Shown here in pieces: positions 1-12,481 of a DNA stretch of 60,003 nucleotides (position 1 is its first letter; each line of letters opens with the position of its first letter). The stretch is from Batkoa obscura. Lineage: Eukaryota. The position numbers were made by a program, and so were the translations under genes. The notes under the pieces are model-generated. The model was not told where the DNA came from. It made no database searches and saw only the letters and a program-made list of their open reading frames with translations. Where the stretch lies: contig JASVEC010000024.1 of the NCBI GenBank assembly GCA_030770535.1, positions 744,001-804,003 on the forward strand, in the 5' to 3' direction.

Positions 1-378
1 GTTTGAAGTTGCATGTATGTGATTTTGAGGTACTGACTCTGTGGGTTGAATCTGATGTGTGTATTGATCAGAATACATATAGTGATCTAATCTATATCCT
101 TCATCCATTGAATTCAAATACTGCCCATTCATCATTTTTACTTCACTGCCTGAATTAGATAAATTGTGATTTGATGGTAATATTGGTTGAAATTGAGGTG
201 GAGGATAAAAATTATAGTCTATTGGGGGATATTGGTGCTGTGAAGCAGAGTGAAATATATGCTGGTCATGAAATTGAGGCAACTCTTCTATTTGATGGGA
301 TTTAACAAAATGTTCTGAACGTTCATTTTTAACTGGAACAGCAAAGCCATAATGATCTGAATTAAGTGAAGTATCCAT
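1..378 (-). CDS. 5' part of an unknown Q/P/H-rich protein running off the window edge (possibly a transcription-factor N-terminus)
   Basis: ATG at 378 and an open frame to position 1: MDTSLNSDHYGFAVPVKNERSEHFVKSHQIEELPQFHDQH...; higher GC than the flank; not in the ORF track. Confidence 0.7.
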   Translation of the reverse strand, partial: MDTSLNSDHYGFAVPVKNERSEHFVKSHQIEELPQFHDQHIFHSASQHQYPPIDYNFYPPPQFQPILPSNHNLSNSGSEVKMMNGQYLNSMDEGYRLDHYMYSDQYTHQIQPTESVPQNHIHATSN

Positions 379-3300
379 AATAAAAATAAAAATAATTAAA
401 GTTAACACTAAGAGGTAATCAAATATATTATATATATACACAGGTAATAAAATATTTAATTGAACGATACAAAAATAAGCAAAAAATTAGGGAATACTAA
501 GCTGAAAATTAATTAGTTTTTTTTTTAAAAAACGGAGATTAGATAATTATTTTAAAGTGAAAAGATAATTCGGGTACTCATCGCCCTTTATATACTTAAA
601 TTTTTAATGAGGTAAAAATAATATTTATTCATAATGAATATTTTAGTGAGAAGAATTAATAAAAATGGATTTAATTTTAAATTTTAACCACTGAAAATGC
701 TAAATTTGGATATCTCCCCTTATTTAAAAATTAAATTAAATTATGTTCAAAAACATTTATCCTCTTCTTTTTATATGAGTATTAGCTGGCATTTCAACTG
801 TTTGGGTGTAGAGTTTATATGTTAAAGGAGTTTAAAATTTAACTCTATGATACTATAATTTAATATTATTGTATAAAACATTTTAACTTATTTCTATATA
901 TCTTATATTGTTATATTACTCCTTTAAAAAATTTATCCTTGTTTTACTAAGTATGTAATATGAAAACAAATCATATCTCAAAATTAAACCAATAAAGATA
1001 TGCATATTCGATTTGTCAACCAATAAAATTAGATGATTTCGGTTTTACTAAAATACTATAAAAATATAGGATGATTTCACTTGCAAATATTCTTCATCAA
1101 AAACTGATCTTTAAAAAAGTTCAAAAATAATACTTTAAGAATAAAAGAATTTGAGAATATAACAAAAGATCGAACCAAACTTTTATTGATTGGCTTAATT
1201 TCCCCGAGAGTTTTTGCCCAACTATAAATTTTGACCTTGAACCGCTACTACTTATTAAACCTTAATCTATCCAACAATATTTCTTAACATTACGCTTGTA
1301 TAATACTTAATTAAATTTTGTGCGCCAGTCTATATAGTATTTTAGATTAAATATAAATTATTTATGCTTCTCTGTATTGTTTTTCATTGTCAGATAACTT
1401 TTAGAGCAATTTAAAAAATAGCTGTAATTTTATATTTGTATAAATGTATACAAGAATAAATATATGAGTATGCGGATAGTAATGTAAATTAGTAATTGAA
1501 AATAATATATCACCGTTCATGATCATCCTCTTAAAACTGTATTAAAGTTAAATTAAATAACACTTAAGTGTGAAATAACATATATAAATTGTTATCTAGT
1601 GAAAGCTTATTTTTGTCTTATCTAATGTAATTATTAGATCAAAATAATTTTTTAATATATTATATAACTGAATATTTAATTTAATTCTAATGGTTATTTA
1701 AGGGTTCATTGTTTTAAACTTAATTTTTAATTCGATTATTTATCTTTTAATAATTTTATGAGTTAATAATAGTAATATTATATTAAAAATTAAAAAGATC
1801 CCAATATTATATTTTTGGCTAGATGACAATACTTTACTTTTATATATAGTTCTTTAAAGAATTTAATAAATAGTTAGATAGAACTTGGGTGTATGAAAAA
1901 AGTATATTGTTACTATTAAGCTCATATAATGAAAAGTTATTTTAAATTTAAGTGTTAAAGGTCTAATAATAGTTAATCGACACTTCAATAATAAAAAAGC
2001 TAAATTCTTAACTATTTTAAATCATTTATATCACCCTCTATTGTTTATAAATAATATAACATTTAAAGGATAGCTTCTAATTTTTAATTAAACGTGTAAA
2101 GCCGTACAAACTTTAGAATTATATGATTATTAATTATATTGATAAATTTTAATTTAATTTATCTATTTAAGCTTTAGTATTACTATTAATATACAAATAT
2201 TATATTAAAGCATTTGATCATGTTTTGTCTTTACTTTAAGTACTAATCTGTCTCAATTTTTAACATAAATAAATAAAGATAGTTATTAAAAATCATATAT
2301 ATCAACCTCTTATCATTCAGTTTATACTAAATCTTCTTACCTTTAACAAAATACTCATGGATTCTCTACCTTCAAAGTTTTTAAAAAACCATTCATAAAT
2401 AACTTTACTTAATACAATATGTAGTTTTCTATCGATTGATTAATACATCTGTTATATAATATTCTAAAATTCTAATACTAGTAATAGATAAGTAGAAATA
2501 TCATAAAATAGGTATTAGTACTTTTGAAATACCAAACAACGAGTATTTGATTTATTAATATACATTTCATCTATAAGGGCCTTTTTAAAATTCTTATTAG
2601 TATCAATTGTCTAAGCCTTTGACTTTAACTTTCATTAAAAATCTGTTTTGTATTAGAAAAATTAGTCTTTAGTGTTCCTTATATTACATATCAACAATAT
2701 AAACCTCACTTTTATCTTCTGCCATAGCTAAAAATCCCCCATCCGCCTTTAGCAGAGAAATAACAACACTATTCTCTGAAGTATGATGTTTATAATTATA
2801 ACTAAACTCTAATCAGCCGTCTTCGTAAAATTGTTCATAAAGCGTTTTTCAAAGTATAACAAAAATATGAGTCATTTCTAAAAAAGGTGGTATCATGATT
2901 TTACGCTATTTTATAAGTCTATTTTTATCTGATTCTTTCATAAACACCATTTCATCTCTTGTAATAAAAGCAGTTCATAGTTGGCTAAAGACAGATGTAA
3001 TGAAGCCTCCTGTGTAATTTTTGTAATGAAAAACTAGTATACTGATATTGAATTGATATTTGAATTTTCTATAGATTATATGGATAAAAAACGAGCCTTT
3101 CGTTTACCAATAAAGAGTATCTTTAAAAAAGTCTGTTGAAATAAGATTACAAAGTTCGCTATCTACTGTACACCAGCTTTATCTTTGACATTAGTATCAG
3201 AGGTTTTTCACTCTTTTTTATTAATTTGAACAAACTCAATTTTATAACTATCAATTTTAGGCCCCATTGTTATGTTTGATTTACTACCAAGGATAAGGAT

Positions 3301-4057
3301 GCAATTGTTATTTAATTCTGAGCTCTATTTACTTAAGTAATTATTTATTTTAGACCAGATAGAAATTGGATGCAAGGGAAACTTGAAATTAAAGCCAGTT
3401 TCATTATTGAATTTATTTGATATTAATTTGTTCTCTTATATTAAATAATATTACATTGGTTCCTTTTTATAAATTTTATTTATTACTCAAATCCATGGCT
3501 TTGTTCTATTGTGTTCATGGAATTTAATGGTATTCTTTATATAAGTATATTTTATATAACACATTAGCTGTATCTTATCATTCATCTGTTCACCTCCTTC
3601 CACAATTAAATAAATATGTATGTATCAGTAATTAATTTATTACTTGTGTTGAATCTAACCAACATTTTGTTTTGCTTTGACATTAATTTAACAATAATAT
3701 TTGCAAATTGTTATATTTGATGAAAGCATAATATAGCGTTTAAGGAATTTTTTTACTCTTTTACTAGAATTTTTAAATTTTTTCTAATTACGCTTTATTT
3801 AATATAATGATAGTCATATAAACATACATTTATAGTAACATTGTTTTAAAGCTTTAGTACTGTTGATTTATTAAAAATATATTATACAAAGGAATTTTAA
3901 CTTCATAAATAAACAAAAAGCCACTACTTATATAAATGAGCAATATTCATACTGTTGTAAACTTTTAAATATTAAAAAGAAATCATATAAATAAAATCTC
4001 CAGATAATAAACATTATTTAAATAAAATATTGACTTTTATTTTTAATAAAAAGTATA

Positions 4058-4257
4058 TGGATATTTATTTTTTTTAAGAATTTGGGGATGTTTTTTTCGG
4101 CTTCATTACTTTTTCCATCTTTTAAGCGCTACTTGAGCAGAAAAATTGTTAGTAAAATTCTTAAATACAAAAATACATCCCCATTCATTAACAATCTTTT
4201 TGCTCAAACAGTGCTTAGAAGATAGAAAAAGTGATGAAGCCAAAAAAAGCATCACCA
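4058..4257 (+). mobile_element. MITE-like ~100 bp element (outer, degenerate copy) split by a nested copy
   Basis: Left part ...taagaatt and right part ttcattaacaatc...aaaagcatcacca together rebuild the family consensus. Confidence 0.65.
4083..4183 (-). mobile_element. MITE-like element, nested inner copy
   Basis: Ends TGGGGATG...CATCCCCA; internal sequence is the reverse complement of the family consensus. Confidence 0.8.
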
Positions 4258-4570
4258 TATGTTAACAAGGAGTTATATTTAATTGAATATTTTGAATAAC
4301 TTTTAAAAAACCAACAAAAATCAGCTATTTCATGACTAAAATTAATCAATTTATATAGCTTAATAATCAGAAAACTATTTGCTTTTATCACAAAAACACA
4401 ACTTAACTCATATTAGTAAATATTTGTTCAAATCCTTTTGTAGATTTTTTGCAAATAAAATCAATTTTAGAAAAATCAAAATTATCAAAATGCTTTTATC
4501 GCGTTTCGTGTAATACTGTATTATTATTTGTCAAAATTAAATTTAACCTCAATTTGAAGTTGATTTCCCA

Positions 4571-6743
4571 AATCTATTTTCAACATTCATACAAAGAGTG
4601 ACAAGTTCAACTTTAATTAGCCAATTAGCTAGCTTAGTCCCAAATTCTACTTTCCCCTAAAAATGAAGTAGAAAGCTATAAAATAATCAAAATTAGAATA
4701 AAAGCTGACATTTTTGCAAAGGATGGATGAGAAAAAGGAGGATTCAAGAGTAAACAATATTTCCATTTCGTTTTTCTTTATGTTAAGTATTTTAGAAGTA
4801 TCCAAGAAAGAGGAATTTTGAAGACCGAACAAACCTAAATCAAGCGGAGCCGATGAAAGAGCGTCAAATCATAGACGATTTATCGAATTTGGATCAAAAG
4901 CAAATCATTAAATATGCTAGAAAATATGCTGGGCAAAAAGTAGGAATTGATAGGAAGCGTAAAATCAGAAACCTTGAGGAACACTCAAATAAGTTAAATG
5001 TCAGACAAATATTTGAAGAAGTGAGACATAAAAGACCTTCTGATACTATTGCCAGAGAGATAAGTCACTTAAGCATCGATGATCAATACTCTTTGGAAGC
5101 AAATGTATCGGACGAGGGGCACTATATAGGAATACCAAATAGGATTAAAGAGTTGAATGATTTTGATGCAGTATTTGAACAAATAGTAAGTTCAATAATT
5201 TACATTTTAAAACCATTATTTTATATCAAAAGTCACAAGATAATCAAATATTAGAGTTTGAAGTTGTAAAGGGGAAAAGGTACATGAAATTAAATCTCAT
5301 AAAACTAGGTAGACATTCAGAAGTATATAATGTTGTCGAATTAAACACTGGGAATCAATTTGCATTGAAGGTGGTTGATATGGAAGGAATGAAAGAAAAG
5401 GAAATAAATTTATATCAAAATGAAATTCAGGTGCTAAAAATTTTCAAAAATAACCCGTATATCATTCAGTTAGCTGAATTTGAATATGAGGATAACAAAA
5501 TTAAATTGGTGAGTATTCAGCACTGTATAATCATCACTAAGTTAACTTTCTTATAGCTATATCAACTAAGTGAAATTAGTTTTTTTGAATTTATGAATAA
5601 CTCGGAGCAAATATTGGAAAATCCAGTTGGGTTTGCGGTATATAATTGGAAAAGGGTAATAAAAAGTAAAATAAATAAATATAACGTTAATATTTCATTA
5701 GATGGTGTTAGCGATAAGAGAGTTACATAAGGAAAATGTTATCCATTGTGATCTGAATTTGGGGAAATTTATGTTTTTTGATGGAAATTTAAAGGTGTTC
5801 GGGTTTAAATATGTATTAAAGTTAAAGCATGGACGTGTGGTTGGTCGAAAATCCCAAATAGTAATTTAACTATTTAGTTTTATTATAAATTGATATTCAT
5901 TTTTTAGCAAGGTACTCTTGGTAATATAGCACCAGAAGCGGCTATTGCTACTGATGCGAGTTCGCAATTTGTGGTATTTTTTTATTCTATGAATAAGTAA
6001 TAACAACTAATCGATCAATTTAGATCGGGTACGGAACTGATGTTTGGGGACTGGGTTGCATATTATATAGACTAATTTATGGGTGTAGTGTGTTTAGTAA
6101 AAAGAGTGAAGAAGAGATATTGAAAATTTTGGGAGATGAAAATCGAGCTATCCAGGAAGACACCAAATTTCCATCCAATGTTGAAATCATGAGGGATAAT
6201 AGAATTAGTAAAATGCACGTACCAAACGATCTCAGGAAATTGATTCAGGATTGTCTTACTAAAAAACGTGCAGATAGAATTACAATTGATTCTATACTTA
6301 GTCATTCTTTTATACAAGGTATTTAAACTGATAAACACGAGTTGTATAATATCATTTGAATTTATTATATACTACAGGTTTATTTTTAATATTTTATAGC
6401 TCAGTGTCATCTAAACTAATTCTCTCTTGTGTGTGATTGATTTTGTTTTAAATAATTTAATGTCTTTACTTTTTACAAGTATATTAAATAATGATTGTTT
6501 ATAATTTTTTTTGTCATATTTAATTTAAGAAATATCTTTGATTTGATATTAAAAACTTTATATAAAGAAGCTGATACAAAAAGAGAAGCTTTAATATAGC
6601 TTAGGTCTACAATGATGTAGAGTAAATGTTAAAGTTTAATTAGTTAACTTCGTAGAGCTGGTTGCCAATTCAAAGCCCTATAAATCTTTTCGATTTCCAT
6701 TAAATTGATAACAAAGTATATTTAGTTATTAAGGTTATTTTAT
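4571..6743 (+). repeat. Segmental duplication copy A (inverted relative to 29549-31712)
   Basis: The reverse-complement match covers upstream region, exons, introns and ~400 bp of 3' flank. Confidence 0.9.
4723..6326 (+). CDS. Multi-exon Mps1/TTK-like protein kinase-fold protein, probable pseudokinase (copy A)
   Basis: Exon 1 MDEKKEDSR (4723-4749), intron 4750-4795, then in frame into ORF 4853. Motifs: FALKVV, YQNEIQVL, WKRMVLAI, IHCDLNLGK, LKVFGF, QGTLGNIAPEA, DVWGLGCILYRLIYG, CLTKKRADR. Confidence 0.85.
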
Positions 6744-7178
6744 TAATAATGTCTGTACTACTAATTACAAATATATTTTAACTAACAAATGAACGTGTTT
6801 TCTATATAAAAATCAAGCTTTAAATAATTAGTTATTTGAAATTTGAAACTTTATATTATAACCTATAACAAACACAATTTCAGTTATTTTCGAAAATCAA
6901 ATATTGAAAACATTATTAATTAAATATAAAAAAAAACAGTTTAAATTATATAAAAATTAAATAAAAGCTACTATATAAAATAACAAACTTGAAGCTTTTT
7001 GAAAAATTATGTTTTTAATAAAAGAGTTAAATCCGAAAATATGAAAAATGGTTCTTTCATTAAAAATAACTTTTATTTAAAAATGTATAATTTACATAAA
7101 ATAAAGTTAAAAGCTAAATTTGTTTTAATATTAGTAGTAAGTTACTTAAAAATAAAACAATTATCTAAAATAAAAATA

Positions 7179-7278
7179 TGGGGATGTATTTTTGTATTTA
7201 AGAATTTTACTGACAATTTTTCCACATAAATAGCGCTTAAAAAATGGAAAAATAATGAAACTAAAAAAAACAGCCCCA
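7179..7278 (+). mobile_element. MITE-like element
   Basis: TA|TGGGGATG...CAGCCCCA|TA, 100 bp, matches the family consensus. Confidence 0.8.
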
Positions 7279-8151
7279 TATCTTAAACTAAAACTTCTAA
7301 ATACTAAAAAAACAAACTGATATATTGGGTATTATATGCATGCTTTTTAAAAAGAGTGATAAAAACTAATGTTTATATTATAAGCTGATATTTATAAAAG
7401 CAAAAAATTATTTCTCATTTATTTTTTATAAAATAATCAATATAAATTAAGCCATTTAATCATATAAAAACAATAATATAATTGATATTATTTAAAAAAA
7501 CGTTTACTAACACGTTTTTGCTTTATTAAGCTTAAAAAATAAACAAAGTAAAAAATAAAATAATTCTTTTTATAGAGCGGGTTTTATTGTATTAAAAACT
7601 AAAATTGGCTTTTTTAAACGAATATAAGTTTTAAGGGACTAATATTATGTTACATCATGGGTATAATAACACCTTGGTATTTTTTTACTATACCTAATGG
7701 TATTATCACATTAATATTTTAATCATCTTAATAATTGTTATTGAGAGTTTTGACTTGTTTTTTTAATGATTAGATTGGTAATAACATAGTAAATAAAAAC
7801 GAATATAGGTTTAAGGGCTTTTCATAGAGTTATCATTTTATTACTATTACACATATAATCGATTTTTATATTAATAAAAAAAATTCTAAATTCATTATGT
7901 ACTTACTTAATTTAGTAATTTATCTCAATGTTCTACTATAACAATAAATTAAATTAATTACCTTAAGTAGCTGTAACACCGAAACTAGATAATTCTAAAC
8001 CAACAGTTATCAATAGAAAATCACATTTCAGTTTTTGTATAATAATTAAATCTTTTAAAATAAAAAATCAGATTTCATATCATAAGTTTCTTTTTTCTTT
8101 ATTATTTAATTTTGCCTTCACTCATTTCAATTCAATAAAAAAATAATAACA

Positions 8152-9289
8152 ATGTTATCCAGTCCTAGAGAACCAATCTACTATCGTAAAAGTGAACCTA
8201 ATTTTTCATCCTTACCTAAATTACCTTATAGACCTAATAATTATATACAAGAATTAAAATGTATTAAGACTATTTTACATCAACATAGGGAGAAAGGAAA
8301 TAATCGAAATATTAAGTTAATGAATCAAAATTGTTTGGATGAGAAATTGGAACAGGTAAATAGTTTTTTAAAAGTAGAGGGAGAGATTAGGATTTTAATA
8401 GCTGGTTTTTAGATACAAGAGAATGTAGTAGGGGAAAGTAATGAATTGATAAAAAATGAAATAACATTGAATTTTATACCAAATACGAATAATACACCAG
8501 TAAGTTTTTGAAAATAATTAAAAATAGCTACTTTAATTATTCATCTCAACCTTCTATTTTATAGAAAGAATTAAAATTTTGGCGGGATACCGTACCTAAA
8601 GAGCTAGTAGATTCATTAACAAAAAACGAACGTTTAAGACAAGAATGTATTTATGAAACCATTTATACTGAAAGAGAATTCATAAAGACATTAACATTAA
8701 TAGATAAAGTAAATATTTATTTTCAATTAGAATTAAATACAAATTAAATGAATTTTTTCTCTTTACTTAGGCCATTATTAAACCGATTAAACTCATTGGT
8801 CTCTTTAATGATGAAGAATTTGAAACCTTGAAACTGTTCTTATTTCACAACTATAAAAAAATCCTAGAAATCAGTGAAACTTTATACGATAAACTTCTAT
8901 ATATTCAATCGCACCATCCAATCGTTGAAAACATAGCTCCAGCGTTTAGTGAATGGGTTGGGGAATTAGAGCATTTTGCTTATTACGGAGCTCATTTGCC
9001 TTTAGCTCAACGATTTTTAGAAACTCGAAAATCTTATCATCCTGAATTCGCTAAATTTGTCAATGAAATGACCAGTAATTCTAGTACTAATTACCTTCCA
9101 ATGTTGAGTTTTATGAATGCTCCAACGACTAGATTGGCGAGGATGATTCTATTACTAAATAGTATTAAAAAATACAGTCGAGAAGATAGTAAAGATTTTG
9201 AAATGATACCCATTATTGTTGATATTGTTAATAAGCATTTAAACGTTGTGGATAAAAGTGTGGTCAATGAAGCAAGTCTAGAGTTTTAA
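8152..9289 (+). CDS. RhoGEF (DH domain, Rom1/Rom2-like), 4 exons
   Basis: An internal exon encodes WRDTVPKELVDSLTKNERLRQECIYETIYTEREF; last exon has LPMLSFMNAPTTRLARMILLLNSIKKY; GT-AG introns between. Confidence 0.8.
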
Positions 9290-10075
9290 TAAGGATGGAA
9301 AAGGAGCTGAAAACTTTTTGGATGTTTTTTCTTTTGTGTTATCTTTTATGATGTCAATTTGATATTTGGATTATTAATAAAGTTTTAATTATTTTTTATA
9401 TTTAATTGAGTTTGTTTGAATTTAATATTGTATGTGTGGTTTTTAAGTTTCGATAAATTTTTAGTGCTTTATATGTTATATTACTGTTATTATTCGTGAT
9501 TTGAATAAAGTGTGAATCTAAAAATCATTAAGGTTATATAATATATTGTTAAAAAATAAATGACAAAAATCAAATGAAATCACCACATTGATGTTACAAA
9601 AAATCAAAAAATCAAAAAATCAAAAAAACGCAAAGCCACTTAAAATTACCATATATGCAATAATCACATCGTGTAATACAGGTATTGTAACTCTTTTGTA
9701 GCTTAACTAACTGCTTATTTAAGAGAAAAATTTATAGTAAAGTCGCGCCAATCATAAGGATCAATCATTAATAAAATTAGGTATATGAAAAATTTAGTTA
9801 TAAAAATTGTTGCTAAAAAAGTAGCAAAAGAGTTACGACAGCTGTAGAAGACAGAACTTCTCAGTTTGAGTTTGAGTTTTTAATTTTTAATTTATACTTT
9901 CTAATCTTGTTCTTTAAAACTAATTCAATCTATTGCTTAAAAAAAAGACGGATAAATTTTATCAACCACGATTTTTAAGTTCTTTGTTTAATGACTATTC
10001 AATTTGGATTTCAATAACATCAGCTTTTTCAATATAACAAGAATATAACATAATACAATCAATTTACGACATAAA

Positions 10076-12444
10076 ATGGAATCTAAAGATGATAATATAG
10101 ACAAGCCAAAACCCGATGGCAGTGGAGGTTTCTTAAATAGTTTATTGTTTTTAAACAACTTGAGAAAAAATAGTCAAAAAGAAAAGAAAAAAATTATAAC
10201 GAAAAATTTCGAATTAATTGAGGTAAGTTAAAAAAAGATTTCATTTCCTCAATATCAAAAAAGATATTGATACTAGTATTAACTCTTATTAGTTAGCAAG
10301 CTATGGTTTTCCTGGTATAGCTAATTGCTATTCTTATTGCCCAATTCAAAAATTATTAGCTATAGGTAACTATTAATTGTTCCCCTTAGTTTAGCTCCTT
10401 AAAACTTAATTTCTTTCTATTAGGTACTTCCACAGGTAGGGTAGTGATCCTTGGCAATTCTGGAATTGCTTTGCGTTTAAATATCACTTTAAAACATGGT
10501 ATAACGGAAATATTATTCTTATCGAATTTGCCATTAGTTATCTGTATAACTCAATTAAATGAAGTTATATTATTAGATATTATTAATATAACAATTAATA
10601 AGATTTATCATTGTAACCAAAACATTACTTGTATTGAAACATATCCAGATTCTAAATGGTTGTTGATCGGTACTGATAAAGGAGAGATTCAATTATTAGA
10701 TCTAGTTTATGGTGTTTTATCAGAACATAAGTTACATTGCTTGGAGAGTAGTATTCGATTTTTAAAGATTCATCCAGTTAGCTACATAAGTTTATTAGCT
10801 GCTTCAGAAACTGGAGAAATTTGTTTAATTAATTTAAAAACTGGGAAATTAATTTTGAATTTTTTATTAAATGAAATATATTCTATCGAACAATCAATAG
10901 TTTTAACTTCAATTTGTTGGAATCCAAAAGGAAATTATTTTGTAACGGGATATGATAACGGTTGGTTAATATTTTGGGATCCAATGAATAATAAAGAAAC
11001 AGTTTGTACAAGAACAATAGAAAGTGAAACTATAGATATTGCTTTGGAATTAGCCTTACCTGAAGAAAGAGAACCTATTATTAGTTTACAGTGGTGTCAA
11101 TTTAATAACACAGATGAGAGCTTTCTTTATATAATTGGTGGTAATGATATTGGACAAGAAAATAATTTAACTGTGTTAAAGTTCATATTAAATGATATAA
11201 AATCATCAATTAATAAAGAGTCGATATCAATCACACAAGAATCATTAAAAAAATGTACAATGATGCCATTATCTTCCCCTTGGAATGGTGGTTTATTGAA
11301 TCCCAAAGCCATTATTTGTTTATCTAAAAAAGGCAATTTATATAGTTATAATTTAATTGGAGAAAGTATCCAATTGCATTTACTATTACAATGGTTAAGT
11401 TTTGATATTCAACATTCTAAATTAATTTCTCAATGTTCACCTATTATTTATAATGCTATAATAGCTCATGAAACTTCATTTAATCCTCAATTGATAAATA
11501 ATAATATAAATAATAATATAAATAATAACAATAATAATAACAATAATAATGTGAATTTAAATTTTGAATTAGAAGGTGGAATTTTATTACCTAAACAAGT
11601 AGATCACTTTTTTTATGATTTTTTATTAACTTCTCATCAAGATGGAGCAGTTAGATTATGGGATTCATCAACCAATGTACTAGCACCTATTAGCCATTTA
11701 ACTATTTGGCCAAACAAACTTGAAGGTCATGAAAATAGTCAATTAACTGGTTTAAATTTAGATGCTAATACAGGCCATCTAATTGCTACTTTAAATCATA
11801 ATTCTATTTTAGTTTATCAATTTTGTCATCGTTCCAAATGTCATATTCACACTCCTGAATCTTCTCAATCTTCTTCTCCTAATTATAAAGACTTCAATGA
11901 AAATAACGAACCAAATGAGGAACAGAAAGACATACAAGAAAAACTAATGGAAGGAGAAGGGATGAAAGTAAACAATGATACTGACCATAATCCAAGAATT
12001 CAAGATAGAGAAGATATATATATTTATAACATAAAGCGAATCCAAGAAATCGATAAAAATATTCATCCGTCCTTTGAATTATTGGGTCATCGTGGTAGTA
12101 TTGCTTATTCAGTTTTAAAAAATGGATTGTAAGTATTTAATATTATATAAATTCTATTAATGAAAATGATTTATTTAATTATTATTTTATTTTAGTTTAA
12201 TTGTTAGTGATACTTACGGTGGTTTTTCAATTACAGAAATTCAATTAAAAAAATTAATTTACTTTGAAAGAGGTAAAAGATTTTATTTTTTAATATATTA
12301 AGTTGATACTGATTTTATTATTTAGAGATTCAACCTGTTGTTGTTACTAAATTTTCTACTATGCTACCAAACTCTAATCAACAAAAAGATCATTGTAATT
12401 CAATTGAATTTATATCTCAAATGGATATTAAAGCTAATTTAAAC

Positions 12445-12481
<37 letters not shown>

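Noticed and set aside
6999..7229. 76 aa ORF (also 32075-32266)
   Set aside because: TTG start, AT-rich low complexity, and it runs into a MITE
7615..7820. ~25 bp imperfect direct repeat (aaacgaatata(a/g)gttt..aaggg)
   Set aside because: Too short and AT-rich to interpret
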